From positions 19,430 to 83,429 of the IMG/VR virus record IMGVR_UViG_3300046694_000202: a stretch of DNA of 64,000 bases; one strand, 5' to 3'. A model generated the notes under the pieces. The model did no database searches. It was given only the letters and a program-made list of their open reading frames with translations, and was not told the DNA's origin. The position numbers and the translations under genes are program-made. Each line of letters starts with the position of its first letter. Position 1 is the first letter of the stretch. Positions 37,901 through 44,444 of this stretch are shown one piece after another. The stretch is from a virus.

Positions 37901-38492
37901 AGACCCGCAAGCGAACAAGGGCTGGACGACCCCTGGCGACGTGGCGTCGATCAAGTACTCGATCCAGATCTCGATGTCGACGGGCAACCCGACCGGCGTG
38001 CTGTACCAGTGGCGCATGGACAACACGCTGACTTACGCGGGCGTTGGCGAAGATGGCTCGGTCACCGAAAGCCAGACGGTCACGTACAAACCGAGCAAGT
38101 ACGGCGCCGGACTCTACTGTCAAGTCGCCCCGCTGCAACCGCTGCCGACGAAGGTCACGTTCAGCACCAACGTGCCGAACATCTTCAGCACCACGTTCTG
38201 GATCCTGCCGGATGACCTGACCGACAAGGTGTTCATGACGGTGGTCGGCCGTGACGGGAAGTTCATCAAGCTCGGCTACACCGCCGCCACCCTGTCGCTG
38301 TATGCGATCGACAACGATGGCACGAAAGTCTCGATGCCGATCGGTCTCGCAGTGGGCGAGCGCTTCCTCGTCGGTCTGTCGCAAGACACGAACGATCGCC
38401 GGATCTACTTCGCGAAGGAAAGCGGCGCGTGGTATCGCGCGTCGATCGCCAAGGGTGGAATCGGCGCTGGCGTCCAAGTCAAACTCTACTGA
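34908..38492 (+). CDS. Central tail fibre/tip attachment protein (gpJ-like)
   Basis: GEGPIRG, WDGSFKQAWTNNPAWILYD, FN3-like repeats; 1194 aa. Confidence 0.92.
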   Translation: MTDAVIPFRGAGGGQKQPTRTDDNLFSRDVVEIVFALGEGPIRGPVDGMKSIYVGGTPAMSQDGSTNFDSFNVGIMRGHAGDPPVNYRLGGETSNTSVGVRLFQNTWVSRTTDDSLRNKVDQLQARILFNTLYKSNDDGTFNNTASFELQYRQSTNPNWSAVNGGTINVTGKTTAGYVVDYVWDVPRVNDTWVIRVKKNNPDSSNTDFCDFSWESFQEVTKGNRTYDRVALMHIVALATSQFSSVPDIGIDLDGLEILVPTNYNPDAHATAGTWDGSFKQAWTNNPAWILYDLIMNTSYGLRKYYPWLTCNRFDFYDAAAWCDAPVPNGVGGSQPRYTFSMVVKDQQSGLDMLQYVAGSFGACIFDDATGTVHLRVDKWEEPSMLFTPENVTPEGFAYTFSDMSTRYNDIEVKFVNPDLDWQQDIRPARNQDHINLNGSIPLSFDAIGCTNEHEALRRAYYRLVTATTEVATVQFTTTRLGVLLDPFKPIYVADPVTGWAESGRIKSIINGKINLRDPIYFTSNQNYTLKLQTTTGISTFTVNPGMIGSVYALNIVSGIVPANVPDRSVFSLEDTGGFGLSKPFRVISVEPADNSPNAYSVTAVEMNINKQWAADNCIPIGSVPYSFKNPLIPPPPSNLVCESGTDMLLLGQDGSIMARIFAHWDPPGSALVDRYIIRWKESLQNTWFETNSTGESVILAPCKTGTTYDIVIEAVSAFGYRSSQLQLWNYKCVGKDQPPSNVKNFRFTRRALDILLTWDAIPDLDRFGYELRLGSTWDTAKVLVTDYAATQFAWTTDTGGSYNFLIRAKDTSGNLSLQATICSALLTGPSPVGGVIAIQSGNRVDLRWDPNPEDNILDYEIREGSTWATGIFLAKVKSTSYSVTAGSSGTRLFWLKAIASPGIYSDKATFVTTDIAKSDNTNIIYTTDEVVNQFAGTKYNMVTYGPAQLRMDDGKAKSEYMFSVALADVFKAQNSLFIGLDAIVDDKTTWAQSTYPWKDPQANKGWTTPGDVASIKYSIQISMSTGNPTGVLYQWRMDNTLTYAGVGEDGSVTESQTVTYKPSKYGAGLYCQVAPLQPLPTKVTFSTNVPNIFSTTFWILPDDLTDKVFMTVVGRDGKFIKLGYTAATLSLYAIDNDGTKVSMPIGLAVGERFLVGLSQDTNDRRIYFAKESGAWYRASIAKGGIGAGVQVKLY

Positions 38493-38494
38493 TC

Positions 38495-38962
38495 ATGCCG
38501 CATACCATCTCCGACATCACCTTCAAGTCGACCGTGCTCGACGACGACAGCTTCGTGAAGAAGGTCAACTACGACGCCCCGGAGGGGTTCTCCCCCTTCC
38601 AGAACTTCTTCGCGGGCGACTACACGTACAAGAACGCGATCTTCCGGCTCGGGATGGAGTCGGAAGCAGGCGACCGCGGCATCATCAACAAGCTGCAGCT
38701 GGTGGTCGACGTGCCCGACATCTTCGACCGTGGCCTCACGATCGTGAACACGGCCGGCATCATCCGCGTGTTCTTCAACCGCCCTTTTCACATCCCGCCC
38801 ACGATGGTCGTGGCGGTGGAAAGCGCGAGCGACGCCTGCGTGGCGCGCGTGGTTTCCGGAGCGCTCGGGGTCACAAAGACCTACTTCGACTGCTATCTCG
38901 AACGCACGAGCGACAAAGCGAAGATCACCGGAGCGTTGACGTGGGCCGCGCACGCCTACTAA
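38495..38962 (+). CDS. Tail-tip accessory protein
   Basis: 155 aa, VDVPDIFDRG...F..PP pattern typical of J-associated domains. Confidence 0.65.
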   Translation: MPHTISDITFKSTVLDDDSFVKKVNYDAPEGFSPFQNFFAGDYTYKNAIFRLGMESEAGDRGIINKLQLVVDVPDIFDRGLTIVNTAGIIRVFFNRPFHIPPTMVVAVESASDACVARVVSGALGVTKTYFDCYLERTSDKAKITGALTWAAHAY

Positions 38963-39022
38963 AACTCCTGGGCTGCGCTGGCCCGCGCCCGTAAAATCCG
39001 GATAGCTTAAGGACACCACACC

Positions 39023-40507
39023 ATGCAGAATTACACCCAGATTCCGGACAGCCAGCGGATCTCCGATTCGCTGCTGCCGCTCCTGAATAACGACCAGACC
39101 GGGATCTCGCGCAACGCCGGGGACAACTACCCGACCATCGGTCTCGTCGTGGGGATGCCCTACTACAGCACGAGCCAGAACAAGCTGTTCCGCCTGTCGA
39201 GCCTGTCACCGCTCACGTGGGTGGTCGAGATCGACTACAACCGGCCGTACGCGTATCAGGATAGCGTCGATGCTGCAAACGCAAACGCCAACGGGCGCGT
39301 GTCGCGGGCCGGCGACATCATGTCGGGCTTCCTCACGCTGAGCGGCGACCCGACCGCCGCGCTGCACGCCGCGTCGAAACGGTACGTCGATGCGCAGACC
39401 ACCGTCGCGATCAACAGCGCGAACTCGCGCGTCTCGCGCGGCGGCGACAGCATGTCTGGTTTCCTGACGCTGTACACCGACCCGCAGCAGCCCTACCACG
39501 CCGCGACGAAGAACTACGTCGACGTGTACATCAACAGCTTGGCGGGCAGCAAGCTCGCGAAGAACGGCGACACGCTCGGCGAAGTGTTCAACAACGGCTG
39601 GTATCGCTCAAACGGCGCGGTGGGCTGGTACAACCAGACGTATGGTGGCGGCATCTTCCAGAACCAGGGGGGCTACGTCAGCACCTTTGGCGGCACAGGC
39701 TTCCTGACTCCGTGGCACACGCTCGAAGTGAACACGGGCGGCATCTGGACGGCGCGCTACGGCTGGCTCGAAAACCGGTTCGCGGACAAGAGCGCCGAGG
39801 GCAGCTTCAACTCGTGCGGCACGCTGAACAACTCGACGAACCCGACCGTGGTCCCCGGCTCGTTCTATCTCCAGGCGAGCGGCCGTCAGGTGCAGCTCGT
39901 GCGTACCTTCGGCAACTGCAACTGCAACTGCGCCTGCACGTGCTTCCCCGCAGGCACGCGGATCCTGATGGGCGACAAGAAGACGTGGCGCGCGGTCGAG
40001 ACGCTGCAGGTCGGCGAGATCGTCATGACCCCGACCGGCCCCGAGCCGATCCTTGAGATCGAGACGCCGTACCTTGGCTCGCGCAAGATGTGCATGTTCG
40101 CCGACGGCTCGCTGAAGTGGACCGATGACCACGCGTTCTGGACGCGCCGCGACGGCGTGCAGGGATTCTCGGTGGTCGACAAGGACTCGTTCATGAACGG
40201 CGTCGAGGCGGGTCTCGTGAAGGGCCTGAAGAACCACGACGACCTGCTGGTGATGAACGACCGCCTGGACGAGTTCGCGCACCTTGAGGGCTGGAAGAAG
40301 AAGCGCGTGTTCCGCTACACGCAGCCGGCCGAAACGAAGGTCTATCTGCCGATCGTCGGTGGCTCGCACATGATCATCGCTGAAGGCTTCGTCGTCAGCG
40401 CGGGCATGGACGAAGAGACGTTCGACTACAAATCGCTGGACTGGAAGGGCATGGACATCGCTCACCAGCCAATCAACCGTGAGGCGTTCTTCGATGCTCG
40501 TTCATAA
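39023..40507 (+). CDS. Tail fibre protein with CxCxCxCxC motif and C-terminal Hint domain
   Basis: GD.MSGFLTL..DP....HAA.K.YVD fibre repeats; GWYRSNG..GWYNQTYGGG domain; NCNCNCACT|CFPAGTRI (Hint block A), TDDH (block B), VY...GSH..IAEGFVVSA (blocks F/G). Confidence 0.85.
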   Translation: MQNYTQIPDSQRISDSLLPLLNNDQTGISRNAGDNYPTIGLVVGMPYYSTSQNKLFRLSSLSPLTWVVEIDYNRPYAYQDSVDAANANANGRVSRAGDIMSGFLTLSGDPTAALHAASKRYVDAQTTVAINSANSRVSRGGDSMSGFLTLYTDPQQPYHAATKNYVDVYINSLAGSKLAKNGDTLGEVFNNGWYRSNGAVGWYNQTYGGGIFQNQGGYVSTFGGTGFLTPWHTLEVNTGGIWTARYGWLENRFADKSAEGSFNSCGTLNNSTNPTVVPGSFYLQASGRQVQLVRTFGNCNCNCACTCFPAGTRILMGDKKTWRAVETLQVGEIVMTPTGPEPILEIETPYLGSRKMCMFADGSLKWTDDHAFWTRRDGVQGFSVVDKDSFMNGVEAGLVKGLKNHDDLLVMNDRLDEFAHLEGWKKKRVFRYTQPAETKVYLPIVGGSHMIIAEGFVVSAGMDEETFDYKSLDWKGMDIAHQPINREAFFDARS

Positions 40508-41201
40508 AAGCCTGATCCCCACGGATCTCACCGAAGAGGAAGCGCAGCAGACCGTTGACATCGTCAACGTTCTGCCGGTCGGCAACGGCTTCACGATGCA
40601 GTGCGCGTCGCTGAGCCTCTACTGGCAGTTCAATCTCGACCTCGTCAAGTACGGCAACGACGTGATGTACCTGTGTCGTACCCGTACCAACCAGTGGGTC
40701 GTGATGTGGGCCACGGATCTGCACGAGTCGAAGGACAGCTTTTCCTCGGCTATGCTGCGCAAGAACGTGGATGAGTTCAAACCAGTGGTGATGATCGGCA
40801 TCAACGCGGACAAGACCGACTACACCGCCCTCTTCTTCTGCAACTCGCGCGAACCTAACAACCCGAATCCCCAGGTTGATGACGCCGCCGAGAGTGGTGA
40901 CATGACGATGAAGCGGTTGATGCCATCGATCGAGCCGTTGTTGCAACGTCATTGGGCCAAGCACAAGCTGCTCAAGGACACGAAAACGAACGACTCATTG
41001 GCCGCTCTGGAGGCCCAAGTGGACCTGCTCACGAGCTGGCTGCTGATGCTCCTGCCCCTGCAGGCCGACAAGCTCCAAAGACTCCTTGACGTTGGCGTGC
41101 TGACGTTGAAAGATAGTGACGTAGCCCTGGATGACGTGGTCGCATTTAAAAGCGCACTCCGTGAAAGGCAGGCGCTTTACCTCGCGACTATCGGCAAATG
41201 A
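40494..41201 (+). CDS. Hypothetical protein coupled to fibre and radical SAM genes
   Basis: 235 aa; overlaps the fibre stop and has an ATGA overlap with the rSAM gene; C-terminal coiled coil SLAALEAQVDLL. Confidence 0.8.
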   Translation: MLVHKSLIPTDLTEEEAQQTVDIVNVLPVGNGFTMQCASLSLYWQFNLDLVKYGNDVMYLCRTRTNQWVVMWATDLHESKDSFSSAMLRKNVDEFKPVVMIGINADKTDYTALFFCNSREPNNPNPQVDDAAESGDMTMKRLMPSIEPLLQRHWAKHKLLKDTKTNDSLAALEAQVDLLTSWLLMLLPLQADKLQRLLDVGVLTLKDSDVALDDVVAFKSALRERQALYLATIGK

Positions 41202-42559
41202 CAACCTTCGTTCTCAAGACGCTCGACGCTAACAACGTCGAGCGTCGGTTTTTCTACAACAACATGCGCAGCACGCTGGTCGAGGCACAGACCGGCCGCT
41301 CGGTGATTCCGACTCGAGCCGCAGACACCCCGCAAAGCCCCGCCCAGCAAGACTTCCGCAAATCGAAAACGATCCGGACGCTGAAGATCCAGCTCGGTCT
41401 CTCGTGTAATTACAGCTGCGATTACTGCTCGCAGCGCTTCGTGCCGCACGACGAGCCGACTGGCCCCTACTCCGTCGACCACTTCATCTCGCGCTTGAGC
41501 TGGAACGCCTCGCTCGCCGACGATGCCACGATCGAGTTCTGGGGTGGCGAGCCGCTGGTCTACTGGAAGACGCTGGTCCCGCTGGTCGAGCAGCTGCGCA
41601 TCCGCTACCCCGCGCTCACGTTCCGCATGATCACGAACGGCTCGCTGCTGGACCCGATGAAGGCGAGCTGGCTGATCACGAACGGCTTCCACATCGGCAT
41701 CAGCCACGACGGTCCTGGCCAGCACGTGCGCGGCCCCGATCCGCTCGATGATCCGGAGAAGCGCGAGGCGATCCTCATGCTGTACCGGCGCCTGCGTCCG
41801 CTCGGCCGTATCAGTTTCAACGCGATGCTGCACTCGCAAAATACGTCGCGCGCGGCGATCCAGCAGTTCTTCGTGAAGCTCACGGGCGACGAGGAAGTGC
41901 CGGTCGGTGAAGGCATGTTCGTCGATGCCTACGATGAAGGTGGCCGGGGCATGTCTTTCCTTGACGCCGCGGATCACGTCGAATATCGTCGCAAGGCGTT
42001 CACCGAGCTGAAGTCTGGGCTGGCCCTCAACTTCGGATCGGTGACCGAAAAGATTCACGACTTTGCAGAGTCAGTCGCCACGGGTCGGCCGGCGTCTACC
42101 GTAGGGCAGAAGTGCGGTTCCGATCGCGCGGACACCCTCACGGTGACACTGACAGGCGACGTTCTCACTTGCCAAAACGTCTCGGCTGTTTCCGTTGCCC
42201 CGAACGGGAAGAGCCACCGCGCTGGCAATTGGGACGAAATGGATCAGGTGCGGGTCGCCTCCTCGCGCCACTGGTCGACTCGTGAGCACTGTTCGAGCTG
42301 CCCGGTCGTGCAATTGTGCAAGGGCAGCTGCATGTTCCTCGAAGGCGATCTCTGGAATGTCACGTGCGATACGGCCTACAGCGATAACGTCGTGTTCCTC
42401 GCGACCGCCCTTCTGGAGCTGACCGGCTGCACCCTGCAACGCATCGAGCCGATGACTGGCTCGTTGCCTGAGCACCGCCAGGACGTTTTCACGCCACTGG
42501 CGAAAAAGAGCGGGACCACCACCCCGCGCAAAATCATACGGATCAACACGGAAAAGTAA
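41198..42559 (+). CDS. Radical SAM enzyme with SPASM domain
   Basis: CNYSCDYC (CxxxCxxC), FWGGEPL, ITNG, ISHDG; SPASM cysteines C...GDVLTC and CSSCPVVQLCKGSC...C. Confidence 0.93.
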   Translation: MTTFVLKTLDANNVERRFFYNNMRSTLVEAQTGRSVIPTRAADTPQSPAQQDFRKSKTIRTLKIQLGLSCNYSCDYCSQRFVPHDEPTGPYSVDHFISRLSWNASLADDATIEFWGGEPLVYWKTLVPLVEQLRIRYPALTFRMITNGSLLDPMKASWLITNGFHIGISHDGPGQHVRGPDPLDDPEKREAILMLYRRLRPLGRISFNAMLHSQNTSRAAIQQFFVKLTGDEEVPVGEGMFVDAYDEGGRGMSFLDAADHVEYRRKAFTELKSGLALNFGSVTEKIHDFAESVATGRPASTVGQKCGSDRADTLTVTLTGDVLTCQNVSAVSVAPNGKSHRAGNWDEMDQVRVASSRHWSTREHCSSCPVVQLCKGSCMFLEGDLWNVTCDTAYSDNVVFLATALLELTGCTLQRIEPMTGSLPEHRQDVFTPLAKKSGTTTPRKIIRINTEK

Positions 42560-42561
42560 TC

Positions 42562-42837
42562 ATGGATCAGCAACCGCAACAGCAAGACCCGACGCCCCTC
42601 ATCCGCGCTCTGCAAGGCCAGCGCAACGAAGCGCTCGACCACATGGCCGACGCACGTGCCGCACTCGAATTCACGCAAGCACAGCTGCGCGGCGCGACCG
42701 AAGCGCTCGCCGTGCAAGAGTCGCTGGTCGACGACCTGCGTATGCAGCTCGACACGACGAAGGCAGCGATGGCCGTTCTGCAAGAACAGCTCGAAGCCGC
42801 GCGCGCACCGCAGGCTGAACTCACACTGGTGGAGTAA
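42562..42837 (+). CDS. Small coiled-coil protein
   Basis: 91 aa, heptad Leu/Ala pattern. Confidence 0.7.
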   Translation: MDQQPQQQDPTPLIRALQGQRNEALDHMADARAALEFTQAQLRGATEALAVQESLVDDLRMQLDTTKAAMAVLQEQLEAARAPQAELTLVE

Positions 42838-42840
42838 GCC

Positions 42841-42924
42841 ATGCCGCTCGGCCTGATCATGTGGCTGTTCTGGGGCGTCCTCCTCTCGCCGACGCGCCCC
42901 GGCGACAAACTACCGAAAGCCTGA
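42841..42924 (+). CDS. 27-aa hydrophobic peptide
   Basis: GGAG RBS at 42831; MPLGLIMWLFWGVLLSPTRPGDKLPKA. Confidence 0.45.
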   Translation: MPLGLIMWLFWGVLLSPTRPGDKLPKA

Positions 42925-43020
42925 CCTGAACACTGGCACTTAAACAGCGCTACAAGGGGTGCTCTGTTCCCCGACATTACTGCCGCTTGTAGCGTGCGCG
43001 AATGGTTCAGCGTGGTTCAC

Positions 43021-43046
43021 AAGGACACCTACGGGTGTCCTTTTTC
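43021..43046 (+). terminator. Intrinsic terminator ending the fibre/rSAM unit
   Basis: AAGGACACC-tacg-GGTGTCCTTTTT. Confidence 0.85.
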
Positions 43047-43065
43047 ATTTGCCGTCCGAAACTCT

Positions 43066-43094
43066 TTGTATCGAGTAAACCCCGTCGATAAAAT
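43066..43094 (+). promoter_or_regulatory. Promoter for the lysis cassette
   Basis: TTGTAT-17-TAAAAT; shares AAACTCTTTG and CCCGTCGA with the 16224 promoter. Confidence 0.6.
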
Positions 43095-43127
43095 TTGGGC
43101 CACTCACCACCACAACGAGTGCCCACG

Positions 43128-43661
43128 ATGTCAATCACATCCGACCAACTTCGGCAGATCTGGAGAAACGCTTCGGCCACGCGCTGCGAGAAGTTTGCTC
43201 CCCTCCTGTCCGATGCGATGGCGCGCTTCGGTATCGATACGAACGAAGAGATCGTCTACTTCCTCGCGCAAGTCTCACACGAGTCTGGCGAAGCCCAATG
43301 GCTGGAAGAGCTGGCATCAGGCAAGGCGTACGAGGGCCGCAAGGATCTCGGCAATACGCAGCCCGGTGACGGTGTTCGTTACAAGGGCCGAGGCCTCATC
43401 CAATGTACGGGCCGGACGAACTATCAGCTGATGGGGATGATGCTCGACCTCGATCTGATCTCGAACCCCGAGCAGCTGTGTGAGCCGAAGAACGCTGTCG
43501 ATAGCGCTGCCGCCTTCTGGTGGAACCACAAGCTCGACAACATCGCGCTCAAGAAAGACTTCGTCGCTGTGACGAAGGTCATCAACGGTGGCACCAACGG
43601 TCTGGCCGACCGGCAGTTGTATCTGTCGCGCGCTCGGGCAGCGATCCCGGAGGCGGCATAA
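43128..43661 (+). CDS. Endolysin, glycoside hydrolase family 19
   Basis: FLAQVSHESG, YKGRGLIQCTGRTNY, INGGTNGLADR. Confidence 0.92.
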   Translation: MSITSDQLRQIWRNASATRCEKFAPLLSDAMARFGIDTNEEIVYFLAQVSHESGEAQWLEELASGKAYEGRKDLGNTQPGDGVRYKGRGLIQCTGRTNYQLMGMMLDLDLISNPEQLCEPKNAVDSAAAFWWNHKLDNIALKKDFVAVTKVINGGTNGLADRQLYLSRARAAIPEAA

Positions 43662-44048
43662 ATGACCCGGAAAGACTTCTTCGTTCGTGCGGCATTCACA
43701 TCGTGGGCGTTGGTCGTTGCGGGGATCGCGGTAGGCAATACGTGCGCCGTTGGCGGCTGGGGCTTCACCGCCCTGATGGTGGTTGTGAGTGCTCTGCTCG
43801 TGGCTGACTTAGTCGTCAACGACTTCATGCCAGAGCGATTCACTTTCACGTGGGCTTTGGATGCACGCAAGTGGACTTACACGCTTGCTTCCTTTTCCTA
43901 CGCAAGTCATCTGTTCGTAGCTGAACAGTCATCCCGAAGCGTGCGTTTCGACATGCTCTTCATTTTTAGCTCAATGGCGATATTCGCCCTGACCTTGAGT
44001 TTTCGAAATCTTTTACACATGCGGGGCCGAGAGTGCAACAGACCTTAA
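43662..44048 (+). CDS. Multi-TM membrane protein (holin/antiholin candidate)
   Basis: 128 aa, about four hydrophobic segments, adjacent to the endolysin. Confidence 0.65.
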   Translation: MTRKDFFVRAAFTSWALVVAGIAVGNTCAVGGWGFTALMVVVSALLVADLVVNDFMPERFTFTWALDARKWTYTLASFSYASHLFVAEQSSRSVRFDMLFIFSSMAIFALTLSFRNLLHMRGRECNRP

Positions 44049-44434
44049 AGCAGTGGACCGTCTTCCTGGCCCTTATGTGGTCAGCCACCGCTTATGCGGC
44101 CACTCATGCTGAGATCGCGTTCGGCGCGGACTTGGCAAGCATCCCGGTGATCGCGTACCTGATCACCTTGATCCTCAGTGGCATCGGTGGATCGGCGTCT
44201 ACGCTTCAGCGCCTCTCGGTCGCACCTGATCTCTCTCGATGGAAGCTCGAAGTCGCGAAGGATCTCGTGTGCGGCATGGCGTCAGGTCTCGTCACTTTCT
44301 TCTTCTGCGAAGCACTCGGGTGGTCCTCGGTCAGCGAGGCCGGCGCAATCACGATCGCTGGCTACGGCAGCTCGAAGGTGCTTGATCTTTTCCTCTCCCG
44401 CTTCACGCAGCAAGTCAGCGACGCCAAGTCTTAA
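44033..44434 (+). CDS. Holin (LydA-like)
   Basis: About three TM segments, AGYGSSKVLD motif, charged C-terminus. Confidence 0.7.
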   Translation: MQQTLKQWTVFLALMWSATAYAATHAEIAFGADLASIPVIAYLITLILSGIGGSASTLQRLSVAPDLSRWKLEVAKDLVCGMASGLVTFFFCEALGWSSVSEAGAITIAGYGSSKVLDLFLSRFTQQVSDAKS

Positions 44435-44444
44435 AGGATTCTAA

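Noticed and set aside
39941-40402. Canonical splicing intein in the fibre gene
   Set aside because: No terminal His-Asn, no Cys/Ser/Thr at the expected +1 position and no endonuclease domain; treated as a cleavage-type Hint.
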